Below are positions 10,301-19,202 of a stretch of DNA of 64,000 nucleotides, one piece after another (the first letter of the stretch is position 1; every line of letters starts with the position of its first letter). The DNA comes from Lysobacterales bacterium. Its GTDB lineage: Bacteria; Pseudomonadota; Gammaproteobacteria; Xanthomonadales; SZUA-5. The notes under the pieces are model-generated. The model did no database searches. It saw only the letters and a program-made list of their open reading frames with translations, and had not been told where the DNA came from. Location of the stretch: NCBI GenBank assembly GCA_022844165.1, contig JALHMH010000021.1, positions 16,646 to 80,645 on the forward strand. The letters run 5' to 3'. The position numbers and the translations under genes were made by a program.

Positions 10301-13300
10301 CATTGCCATTGATTGTGAGACGGTCGTACTCCATCCCCGCCACCGTACCGCTGGCCTGCATGATGAACCGAGTCGTCGGCTGGGCAGTGAAATCTCCCTG
10401 TACCGTCAAGATGCCTGGGCTGGTGCCGGGGCGGATTTCCACCTGCCCAACATCGAGATCGGCGCCGATCGTTCCGGATCCGCGCAACGTCCCATTGTTG
10501 AACACCAACACAGTGCTACGGCTCAACGTGGCGCCAGCAGCGATATCGATGATCGATCCTGCTGAGCTTAGCAAGTTGCTTTCCAGCAGCAACTGGCCAG
10601 CATCGACGTTGAGCGTGCCATCGAGCTGGAGATTGAAGCCGGCACCCAGCGAGTTGCTGCCGGTCGAGCTGCTACCCAGAATACCTGCGGCCTGAACCAC
10701 CACAGCGCCACAAGGTGGTGCAACCAGGCACTGAATTCGGGCAGCTTCGAGCGAAGAGCCGTTGAGGTTCAATCCGCCGATCACATCTACTCTGGCGCTG
10801 CCGTCTAGCAGTAGCGTGGTTTCATTGATGTCCATCGCGCCCGCAACCTCAATGGTGCGATTGCGCAAAATACGTTGTGCGGGCGACTGCCGAATCATAT
10901 TCAGCGCCGAACCAACGGCAACACGGAACAACGCTGTGCCCAGGGTTGCTGTGATTTCGCCGCCATTCCAAAGCAGTGTTCCGGTTAAATTGATGTCATC
11001 CTCGCCACTGATTTGGGCGCTTTCGAGCAGGACATCAACGAGTTCGACGGAAGCTCCGGTCGTCGAAAATTCCACCACACCGCCCAAAAGTTCGACCGGT
11101 CCCGGATGGGCGTAGCCGCCGGTGAAGATCAGGGAACCTGCGCCGGACTTAATCCAGAATCCATCGCCACTGATCGGCAACGGGCCAGTCATCGTTCGGG
11201 TCACCGATACGGGAAGATCAAATTGCAGCTCGCCACCGGGCGCCACGTTGTGAGATCCACTGTCGATGCCGCCGCCGCTGATCTCCAGTCGCCCTTCAAT
11301 GACATTGACTTGTCCCGAATTTTGAAAGGGAACATTCGCCGTAATCACGGCGAGACCTCCGCCCAGTTTATTGAACGTGCCGGCGTTATCGAAAAGGATG
11401 AGCGGCGCGCCGTCGCCCGAGATGGTGGATAGGCCGTCGATACTTGCTCTGAATATGCCCGGGTTTGCAATTTGAGCATCTGCGGCAACCACAATGTTGC
11501 CGCCGGTCCACAGGACGTCCCCAGAGTTCACCCAAGACCGTGCGCGCAATGTCTTGACGCCGCCGCCGAGCGTTGCGGTTGCGCCTGCCAAGAGTATCAG
11601 CTCGTCGCTGCTCGGTGAGACGCCAGCCAATTCCCCGCCAAGCCAGGTCAATGTGCCAGCAACTTCAAGATCTCCGTTGCCACCGATCGTCCCAGCTTCG
11701 ATGGTCAGATTGTTCACGGTGCGGTTTCCACCCAGTGCGACGTTCGCGAGCGGCGTTGATGCACTGACCACCGCGGTATCGGCAGCGCCAGGCGTACCCG
11801 CCGGCGTGCCAGAACCGGTGGAACAACCATTCCAATTCGCAGGGACGTTCCACGCACCCGCACCGTTGACGTTCCAGGTGCAGGTCGCAGTGACTTGTTC
11901 GGCATAGAGCAGATCATCGCCCGTCAGCTGCAATGCGAATGCCGCATTCGGATTCCCGATGAGTGCAGGAACCTGAGCAAAACCCGCTGGTCCATCGACC
12001 ACTGTGAAAGGCCCTGTGCCGTTGGCGACGGAACAGCTGCTGGGCATCACGCGCAGACTGCCATTGAGCGTCAGGCCCGGGCCGGCGAGCAGTTGCCTGG
12101 CCTGCCCACACGTCGGTCCTTTCTCCGCCGAGAACATGGGCAACAAAGGCACAGCCAGCACGCCAGCAGAACCCTGCTGATAAGCCCCGGTGATCGACGC
12201 CGCGAGTCCAACTTGCAACTCACCTCCGGTTTGCGTAAGCGCTCCTGTAATGGTGCCATCCAGAAATATGCTGCCGTTGGATTGCTGCAAGGCCGACGCC
12301 GTCGTCAGACTCGCCGAATCGCTGATCCGCAGTTCGCCGGAACTCTGCACGAATCCACCACCCACGGACAGGGTTGATGCATTCAGAATCTGGATGGAAC
12401 CGTTGGCGAGCAGCACATCATCGTCAACCTGCAGGCCGCCGAATTGAACGTTGACCAGGGCGGAAAACAGGTCATTGACCAGGAGGTCGATGTCGGGGCG
12501 CAACCGAACCAAATTAGGCTCCGTCAGTCGCAGAATGCCACCGACGGTCACAGTGGTTGCGCATGAAGCCGGCAGCTCGCAGGCAAAATCCAATGTCCCG
12601 CTGTCTGCGGCCACGGTCAGTTGGCCACTGGGAAGAATGGTCAGTTGCGCGCCGGCATCGAACAGCTGCTCACTGCGAACTTCGTGCTCCCGATAGACCT
12701 GGAGGTGAATATTGTCGTAGGTCGTGGATCCAACGCTACTGAAGAACGCATCGTTCCCAGCTACCGCGATCGATCGAACGCCGCCGTTACCATTCACTCG
12801 AGCCGAGGTTGTGAGCCCATATCGGTGAAGCACCACGACAGATCCGCTAAGGTCGACGACAGCATTGGCCGATGCTGTGAACCGCGACAACTCGCGCGGA
12901 GTTGCCCACGTTGGCAGCACCACACGCGTGCCCGCCCCTTCTGCGTGCAGACCAATGCCGCGTTCCGGCGCGGAGAGAAGGGTGCTGGTGGCTCCAGTTT
13001 GGAACCAGTAAGTGCCGGCGCGGCCTTTGAGTGAAAGCAGACTCCCAAGCGCTCTGGGTTGCGTGATGCGCAGGGTCGACGCTGCGGCAACGTGTAGAAG
13101 ACCATTGTCGGCACCAGGGATGTTGAAGGTCGTGTCGCCAAGCGCCAGCAGTTTGCCGTCGATGTTCAGCGATCCGGCATCTGCGGTGTCGAAGATCTGT
13201 GGTCCTCCGCGCACTACAAGGCGACCCGTTGGGCTGACATTGAAGCTGCCCAAATTGAAGTTCGCGTTACCACCCTGAAAGCTCCAGGTGCCGGCCATGG

Positions 13301-14312
13301 TCAGCGTACCTTCGATGGACATCGAAAAGTTGGCCGCAAGTATCTCCACACTCGAATTCGTCGGCACCGTCAACGTGGTCGAAGGCCCGATACCGATCGT
13401 GCCATCAAGCAGACGTAACGCATGGCCGATGGTGAGATTCTGTTCGATGGAAAGTGTGGCATCACCAATGACGATCTCGCCGACAGTGCCACCGACTGAA
13501 ACATCGTACAGGACCTCAGGACCGCCATTGATCGTCGCTCGATCATTGGCCCCAGGCGCGACGCCGCAGCTCCAATGCGATGGATTGCTCCAACTACCCA
13601 GGCCCGGTCCGATGTAGTTACAGTCATTGGCCGGAAATCCAGAGAAAACCGTCAACGTGGTAGGCGACGACATCGACATCGTATGGTCCGGGTTACCCAG
13701 GAACTGCGCCACAACATCGTATGCGCCCGGGGCCAGAAACACGATGTCGCATGAGGTCGCTGGCGATTGCACGAAACAACGCCTGGTTTCCGTAGGTCCA
13801 GTCGCCGTGACTTCGGTTACACCAGATGGTGTGCCTCCGCCCGGCGCATCCACCGTTGTGTTGACGATGATCGAAACCACGGACTGTGGCGATGCCGTTG
13901 GGGGTGCCACGTGCGTCGTCGTCGTTACAGCGGTATTGACGATGTACTGCGCCGTAGCGGATGAAGGATCGAACCCCGGCGCGCCGTTGTAAGCGGCTAC
14001 CACGCCGCGAATGCCGGCGGGGATGGAGCTGAAGGAAGGCGTGAAACTGCAACTACCCGTGGCAGCATCCGTGCCACTGGACACTAAGGTCGCGATGCAG
14101 CTTTCGTCTGGAAGGCCCGTTGCCAAGATGACATTGCCGGTGGGTGATCCAGCACCATTGCTGAGAACCTCGACCGTAAAGTTAGCCAGCTGGCCGACAA
14201 AAATTTCGCTCGGCGAACCGACAACAGACGTCAATGTCGGCGCCGCAAATGCCGAGGAATTCGACAACGCCAGGATGACCGCCGCCGCCGCAATGCTGCC
14301 GCGATTGACCAT
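7359..14312 (-). CDS. Very large secreted/surface protein (Ig-like repeats, beta-helix-like passenger repeats, CSLREA-like motif, DUF11-like domain)
   Basis: Signal peptide MVNRGSIAAAAVILALSNSSAFA (ATG 14312, AAGGGGG RBS). G/A/T/S/V-rich. Repeated W-x3-(N/H)W motifs, DCTLRGAM, DADIGPNDLQNFP, repeated VADTPDP Ig-like units, ADLAIVK...YVILVTNNGP, C-terminal GVFGEGFE. Confidence 0.8.
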   Translation of the reverse strand: MVNRGSIAAAAVILALSNSSAFAAPTLTSVVGSPSEIFVGQLANFTVEVLSNGAGSPTGNVILATGLPDESCIATLVSSGTDAATGSCSFTPSFSSIPAGIRGVVAAYNGAPGFDPSSATAQYIVNTAVTTTTHVAPPTASPQSVVSIIVNTTVDAPGGGTPSGVTEVTATGPTETRRCFVQSPATSCDIVFLAPGAYDVVAQFLGNPDHTMSMSSPTTLTVFSGFPANDCNYIGPGLGSWSNPSHWSCGVAPGANDRATINGGPEVLYDVSVGGTVGEIVIGDATLSIEQNLTIGHALRLLDGTIGIGPSTTLTVPTNSSVEILAANFSMSIEGTLTMAGTWSFQGGNANFNLGSFNVSPTGRLVVRGGPQIFDTADAGSLNIDGKLLALGDTTFNIPGADNGLLHVAAASTLRITQPRALGSLLSLKGRAGTYWFQTGATSTLLSAPERGIGLHAEGAGTRVVLPTWATPRELSRFTASANAVVDLSGSVVVLHRYGLTTSARVNGNGGVRSIAVAGNDAFFSSVGSTTYDNIHLQVYREHEVRSEQLFDAGAQLTILPSGQLTVAADSGTLDFACELPASCATTVTVGGILRLTEPNLVRLRPDIDLLVNDLFSALVNVQFGGLQVDDDVLLANGSIQILNASTLSVGGGFVQSSGELRISDSASLTTASALQQSNGSIFLDGTITGALTQTGGELQVGLAASITGAYQQGSAGVLAVPLLPMFSAEKGPTCGQARQLLAGPGLTLNGSLRVMPSSCSVANGTGPFTVVDGPAGFAQVPALIGNPNAAFALQLTGDDLLYAEQVTATCTWNVNGAGAWNVPANWNGCSTGSGTPAGTPGAADTAVVSASTPLANVALGGNRTVNNLTIEAGTIGGNGDLEVAGTLTWLGGELAGVSPSSDELILLAGATATLGGGVKTLRARSWVNSGDVLWTGGNIVVAADAQIANPGIFRASIDGLSTISGDGAPLILFDNAGTFNKLGGGLAVITANVPFQNSGQVNVIEGRLEISGGGIDSGSHNVAPGGELQFDLPVSVTRTMTGPLPISGDGFWIKSGAGSLIFTGGYAHPGPVELLGGVVEFSTTGASVELVDVLLESAQISGEDDINLTGTLLWNGGEITATLGTALFRVAVGSALNMIRQSPAQRILRNRTIEVAGAMDINETTLLLDGSARVDVIGGLNLNGSSLEAARIQCLVAPPCGAVVVQAAGILGSSSTGSNSLGAGFNLQLDGTLNVDAGQLLLESNLLSSAGSIIDIAAGATLSRSTVLVFNNGTLRGSGTIGADLDVGQVEIRPGTSPGILTVQGDFTAQPTTRFIMQASGTVAGMEYDRLTINGNVTLAGTLDALALSFTPTPTDVFDFITYSGSRSGAVALGSNDFPGFVLTNIPNAVRLAAAQSTFVVDRSDDDSSPAAQACTAALNDCTLRGAMAGAVLFGPGADIEFNIPGAGPHVITPGSALPMLPNNIRFDGNSQPGSVPNSELGFGPLNMVIQIEIDGSLTGAGTDGLVFALGGGPSRVEGIAVHSFSGAQIVGSGAPENVLFVFGNLIGLRADGTTVGSAQAVGVRSVGDVVVGDPVRAPMSRNVLAGFSEQALELTSGNALQAELNYIGTDRTGTVSFAANGRRGLYAEVSGPASTGLYLRNNVISGHDEDAVRLQCVVVGSACFDLGAAIFANRIGTSASGLSALPNGGNGVHISGLVDSQVDIGLAVGDPIGNQIRFNGGNGVLFTNAAGNVGRVAVFGPNLINSNGGLALDLAGDGRTANDAGDADIGPNDLQNFPVFSAFSINTSPDPDQVDVTLTLDTPALSAPNNYPIRIDVFVAEGDELGAYLGSGTLVPPTVDRGPIGGSFNFNIPSGVTLTDDSVLVAIATDAQGRSSELSHYATTTVIVADTPDPTFAGDPYNVTVEVVPDAPSPFTTAGALTINDGRGGSCVAPLAPLSGAGSAGTCTLTSVGAPGLITLTAAFNGSSTAFVNSSGTATHTIAGPLPTTTTIANVAPEPSIVGQPYTVTVAVTDGAMPVATGLVEVRQLTDNQTCTINLASANSCQLSSSLAITTAVQARFLGTPLLASSQSATQAHAVNPAATQITIVADTPDPSALNEPITVTTALAVVTPGAGTPTGEIFITDGVGSCSAFLPALSCSFVPKNAGVFDLQARYLGDANFLPSTDLEPHTVSASNADLAIVKRNGLRLLPGGSQVTYVILVTNNGPQPVTNARITDILPAQLSAATWTCGVNGNGSCPASGTGSIDVLVSLASGSQATFTLTAAVQLTPEQIVANTAAVQPPPNVPDPSLVNNESTDVDTIGVFGEGFESENE

Positions 14313-14429
14313 AAGAACGCCCCCTTGAAATCCGCTGCACAAAGTCTACTTCGCCTCTGAACCCAACTGTGAGCTTCGTGACGGCGACGTCAGACAATTC
14401 ACGAAGTCTGGAATACGGGGCAGATGCTG

Positions 14430-17400
14430 TCAGCCCCGTCCCTTCTGCCGGTTCCATGCCTCAGCAGCCTGGCGCAACACGGGACCCAGGTGAATACGAT
14501 GGCGTGGCGACAACAAGTCGAGCGGCAACTTTCGCTCATCGTCCACAATTCGCGGATCTGCGCCATGTTCGATCAGCGCATTGCCGCATTGGATCAAACC
14601 ATGACGACACACCCAGTGCAGCGGCGTACGACCCACGGAATCGACTGAATTGGCATTGGCTCCGGCGGCCAGCAGCGCCAGCAGCGCTGGCTTGAGACGT
14701 GCATCGTCGCGGCATGCGACATCGGACAATCCGGCACCGACCAGGAACAACAACGGAGTGAATGCCCCGCTGGGTTGTTCCGTATTCGCGCCAGCAACCA
14801 GGAGGCGTTCGAGCGCCGATTGCACCAGCGGTTGCGGTCTCGACGCGTCAAGAACTTGACGTATCACCGCCCAGAGCGGCGTCTCGTCGCCACCATCGAC
14901 GCTCGCGCCGCGTGCCAGCAGCAGATCGATCATGGGGGTGCGTAAACAACCCGCCGCGAGGCCCAGTGCAGTGAATCGTCCGGCGATCGGGCTTTCCAGG
15001 GAGACGCCCCGAAGATGCAGGAACTCCACCACTTCAACTTGCCCAGCAAGCACTGCCGCACCCAGCGGTGTGATGCCGCGTTTGGAAGGCGCACCAAGAC
15101 TCGCGCCACGTTCGATCAACGCGCGCATCAGCTCGATCTGCCCCTTACCCGCCGCGTGGATCAACGCCGAATTGCCGTCTTCATCCCCTGCATCGACATC
15201 AATCCCCAGTGCCAGCAATCGATCAATTGTCGCCAGATCGCCACGCTTGCCCGCCGTCGCCAAAGCCCGTCCATCGAGTAGCGTGCCCGGGTGGGCGCCG
15301 GCCGGCCAATCGAGCAATTGCGCCAATTCAAACTGGCCGTTGTAGCGCGCAACACCCGATGCCGTGCTGCCATCGCGCGCGCGCCGGGCCGGGTCGGCGC
15401 CGGCTCGAATCAGTACTGGGGCGAGTTCGCGCGCATCGGCACGCCTGGTGGCGGCCAATTGAATCAGCAGTGGATTGCCCTGCGCATCGACCGTGTTCGG
15501 ATCAGCACCCGCTCTGAGCAGACGGTCGATCGCCGCTAACGGCCAATGCAGCACACCTGAGAGATTGGGTTCACTGTCGGTCGCCAGCCATTCGCGCCGT
15601 GTTGCAAGCGTATCGATCAAGGCGAGCAGCTTCGCCGTATCGCCCGAGTGCACGTGCAAATTCATCAGCGCCGACCACGGATTGCCGGTGGCGCGCTCAG
15701 CAAGAGCTTGCAGATACGTCCATGGTATCGGTTCGTGGGCGCATAGCCTGGAAAACACACTCGGTTCGTCCGGCGCCGCAAACAGGTCGATATTCAGCAC
15801 ACTTAAGGCGTCGAGATAACGTTGGTCGTTGTGCGCCGACGCCGCAGCCAGAGCCTGAGCGATTTGCGTCAGCGAAATACCAGGTGCGGCGAGAAGCTCC
15901 TGAAACAACGGGAACCGACCTTGAACCGCGGCCCGGACCAGCAGTTCACCCGGGATATCTGGTCGGATGTTCTGTGCGATCGCCGGGTCCTCGCTGCGGT
16001 GCGCACTTGGAACCGCGTAATGCGGGTCGAGCGCCATGACCTGCGGCCAACGTCCCGCAGCCGCGGCCACATCCACCGCGCGTCGCCCTTGATGGTCGAT
16101 GACATCGACATCTGCACCCATTTCGACCAACAAGCGGACTGTGTCGGCGTTCGAGTTTGCAGCGCCAGCTGCCAGATGTAACGCGGTCCGTCCCTCCGCA
16201 TCTACACCTTCCGCACTGAGCTTATGCAGAAACAACCGCTGCAGGACTCGATTCGCGCCTGACCGTGCAGCCTCCGTCAGCGCACTGCGCCGGGAGTCGT
16301 CGGTTGCGCCGATGGGCGCCCCTGCCGCAATCAAGACGTCGACGATCTCCGCGTTATCGGCGAGCGCCGCGACCATCAACGCAGTTCGCCCGTTCGGACC
16401 TCGGCTGTCGACCTTGGCTTTGGCCTTCAGGAGTGCCTTAACGCCGCGAGGATCATCACCATCGACAGCCGCCGCGAACAACAGAGCCGAGGTTGCTCCA
16501 GCCACTTCGGCACGCGCGCCGCACTTGAGCAGGAACTCGAGCACAGACCAATTGGCGGCTTCGGCAGCCAGCGCCAGAGGTGTCATACCCTCGCGATTGA
16601 TCGCGTTGATCTGTGCGCCGGCATCGATCAATACCTGTGCCACGCCGGGATCGCGTGTCAGTGCAGCAAAATGCAAGGGGGAATTGCCGGCAGCGTCGGT
16701 CAGCGTCACGTCGGCACCGTTCGAGATCAGCGTCATCACCGCTTCAGCGCGACCGTCGTAACTGTCTTTGGTGGCCGCCAATAGTGGCGTCGTACCATTG
16801 GCAGCGAGATTGACATCGGCACCGTCGGCAATCAACGCGCGTAATGCACTCAAGTCCGGCATGGTCGCTGCGATGACCAATGGCGAACGCTGATCGGCCG
16901 CATGCAACGGTGGCAGCGCATTCGGATTAGCGCCCATCGCCAGCGCGTTCTTCACGCCTTTGGCGTCGCCGTGTCGCGCGGCGCTGAGCAGGTCGTCGTC
17001 AGGCGAGGGTAACGTCTCGGCTGGCAGTTCGGGCAGCGACTGCGCCACGTTGCCGTCCAGCAGAAATGACGGCACATCGCGCACCACACGCGGCCTGTCG
17101 CGTTGCGCCAAGGTCTTGCGCATCGCCAACTCGACCGCACCCAGCGCCACGCCGATCGTGAAAACAACGCGAATCCAGGCCGAGTCAACGAATCGATGCA
17201 TCACCATCGGCGTCAGCAGTGCGGCCAGTAGCGTCATGCTCACCGCCAAACCATTGCGGAAAAACGCTTCGCGATCGTCGCAAAGATCGCCAACCCGCGC
17301 CGTCAAACGTTGCCAGAGTGACCGGTTCTCGCCTGGATCAGGCAGGCGCGACGCAATCAGCAGCACCGGCATCGGCCAAAAGCGCCACTGGACGAAGATC

Positions 17401-17726
17401 GCAGCGACCAGAAGCGCTGCCATCAGCAAAAAAGAGGCCACCGAGCCAATGGTCGCCAGAACTGGCCCAAACACGACTTGAAGCGCAGCGCCGAAGAAGC
17501 TGATCAGCGCCAACCCGAGTCCTAACCGCGGCAGCCGTTCACCCTGCACGAAAGGCTTCGCCCACAGATCAGCCAGTCCGAGTCTGGCGACCAAGGTGAA
17601 CCAGATGGCCGGCCACAACAAAAACGCAATCGGGGCTGGTTCCAGCGCGGCAACGATGAGCAACAGCAACCCCGCAGCGCCAAACGCTCCGGCCAATCGC
17701 AAACGAGGAGAGGTAACATCGGTCAT
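14430..17726 (-). CDS. Membrane-anchored multi-ankyrin-repeat protein
   Basis: About 6 N-terminal hydrophobic helices, then many ankyrin repeats (GNSPLHFAA, GMTPLALAA, GRTALMVAA, GRTALHLAA, GNSALIHAA, GRTPLHWVC). Confidence 0.9.
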   Translation of the reverse strand: MTDVTSPRLRLAGAFGAAGLLLLIVAALEPAPIAFLLWPAIWFTLVARLGLADLWAKPFVQGERLPRLGLGLALISFFGAALQVVFGPVLATIGSVASFLLMAALLVAAIFVQWRFWPMPVLLIASRLPDPGENRSLWQRLTARVGDLCDDREAFFRNGLAVSMTLLAALLTPMVMHRFVDSAWIRVVFTIGVALGAVELAMRKTLAQRDRPRVVRDVPSFLLDGNVAQSLPELPAETLPSPDDDLLSAARHGDAKGVKNALAMGANPNALPPLHAADQRSPLVIAATMPDLSALRALIADGADVNLAANGTTPLLAATKDSYDGRAEAVMTLISNGADVTLTDAAGNSPLHFAALTRDPGVAQVLIDAGAQINAINREGMTPLALAAEAANWSVLEFLLKCGARAEVAGATSALLFAAAVDGDDPRGVKALLKAKAKVDSRGPNGRTALMVAALADNAEIVDVLIAAGAPIGATDDSRRSALTEAARSGANRVLQRLFLHKLSAEGVDAEGRTALHLAAGAANSNADTVRLLVEMGADVDVIDHQGRRAVDVAAAAGRWPQVMALDPHYAVPSAHRSEDPAIAQNIRPDIPGELLVRAAVQGRFPLFQELLAAPGISLTQIAQALAAASAHNDQRYLDALSVLNIDLFAAPDEPSVFSRLCAHEPIPWTYLQALAERATGNPWSALMNLHVHSGDTAKLLALIDTLATRREWLATDSEPNLSGVLHWPLAAIDRLLRAGADPNTVDAQGNPLLIQLAATRRADARELAPVLIRAGADPARRARDGSTASGVARYNGQFELAQLLDWPAGAHPGTLLDGRALATAGKRGDLATIDRLLALGIDVDAGDEDGNSALIHAAGKGQIELMRALIERGASLGAPSKRGITPLGAAVLAGQVEVVEFLHLRGVSLESPIAGRFTALGLAAGCLRTPMIDLLLARGASVDGGDETPLWAVIRQVLDASRPQPLVQSALERLLVAGANTEQPSGAFTPLLFLVGAGLSDVACRDDARLKPALLALLAAGANANSVDSVGRTPLHWVCRHGLIQCGNALIEHGADPRIVDDERKLPLDLLSPRHRIHLGPVLRQAAEAWNRQKGRG

Positions 17727-17952
17727 GGATTCAGTATAGGCACCGAAGGCGGGTTCTCCCGACTTAAGCTACACACAAACGAACCGGGTAGTCCGATGTG
17801 CTCTCGAATTTATAGCCTGGCGAGGCATCGCCTCAGACCGTCCGGCGCTGGTGGCTCACTGAGCGAACTGTCGACTTCAGAAACGAAAAAGAAGGGTGCT
17901 CCGCCAAAACTGTCAGGACCTGGCCCCTTCTCCAATCCGCGAAAAACATTTG

Positions 17953-18969
17953 TCAAAGTCCCGTCCGAATGACCTCACAGGCACGCTGGATCTGCGCCGC
18001 CGACGCATCCAGATGGGTCACTAAACGCACGGTCGTCGGGCCAAACGCTGAACCGCGGATCCCGTTTTCAAGCAGCCGCCCCAGGAAGGTCGCAGCCGTC
18101 TCAGGTGCCTGCACCTCAAAAATGACGATGTTCGTCTCGACCGGCTGAATCTCAGCAACCATCGGGCAGTCGCTGAGTGCCGTAGCAAGTTGTTGGGCGT
18201 GTACATGATCGATGGTCAGGCGTTGAATGTGATTTTGCAGCGCGTACAATCCAGCCGCGGCAAGTCCACCGATCTGGCGCATGCCGCCGCCGAAACCCTT
18301 GCGCAGGCGGCGAGCCTTTGCAATGAACGGTGCCGATCCGATCAGCAATGATCCGACGGGAGCGCCCAGACCCTTGGACAAGCAGATCGAGAGGCTGTCG
18401 CACAGTTCCCCCCATTTGTGCGGCGCATCGCCCGTGACGGCCAGCGCGTTGAACAACCGTGCGCCATCGAGATGCAGTTTCAGCTCGCGCTCCCGGCAGA
18501 GCTTGGAAATCGCACAGGCTGTCTCCAGGCGCTGGACGGCGCCGCCCGCAGCATTCACTGTGTTCTCGATGACGACGAGCCGCGAACGCGGCAGCCAGTC
18601 GGCCTTGGGTTTGATCGCGGCAGCGACGTGATCGGCGCGCAAGATGCCGCGATCGGCGCTGACCGGGTGAACCGCAATTTGCGAGTGCACGGCATAACCG
18701 CCGTTTTCGTAGCGATAAACGTGTGCCATATCTGAGCAGATCAGCTCATCCATCGGCTGGGTGTGCGCTTTGATTGCAATCTGATTGCTCATGACCCCGG
18801 AGGGCATAAACAGCGCTGCCTCATGCCCGAACAGCTGCGCGGCATGGGCCTGCAATGCGTGTGCTGTGGGATCTTCGTTGAACACATCGTCGCCTACCGG
18901 TGCGGCAGCCATGGCTTCAAGCATCGGCAGCGTCGGGCGGGTAACCGTGTCGGAGATAAGATCGATCAT
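17953..18969 (-). CDS. ltaE: Low-specificity L-threonine aldolase (PLP-dependent)
   Basis: MIDLISDTVTRPT, VGDDVFNEDPT, LHLDGARLFNA, PLP-lysine motif CLSKGLGAPVGS, GGGMRQ, VRLVTHLD. Start at ATG 18969. Confidence 0.92.
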   Translation of the reverse strand: MIDLISDTVTRPTLPMLEAMAAAPVGDDVFNEDPTAHALQAHAAQLFGHEAALFMPSGVMSNQIAIKAHTQPMDELICSDMAHVYRYENGGYAVHSQIAVHPVSADRGILRADHVAAAIKPKADWLPRSRLVVIENTVNAAGGAVQRLETACAISKLCRERELKLHLDGARLFNALAVTGDAPHKWGELCDSLSICLSKGLGAPVGSLLIGSAPFIAKARRLRKGFGGGMRQIGGLAAAGLYALQNHIQRLTIDHVHAQQLATALSDCPMVAEIQPVETNIVIFEVQAPETAATFLGRLLENGIRGSAFGPTTVRLVTHLDASAAQIQRACEVIRTGL

Positions 18970-19202
18970 TTGAGCGTTCCATAGACAGAGCACGTAACCA
19001 TAGCGCGACGCCGTGCGCCGTCGTTGCAGCTTCATGCCGAACACAACGCCACTGGCGCCGTGCGCTGCCGTCACGCACATTTGAAAGCCTGCTGCGCCGC
19101 AGCACATGCTGCGCTTTTTCTTCGCGTGCGCAGAGCGTAGTGTCCGGTGTATGGCAGATGCGTGTCGGAATTGCGAACCTTGACGGAAGGGAGATAGAGA
19201 CG

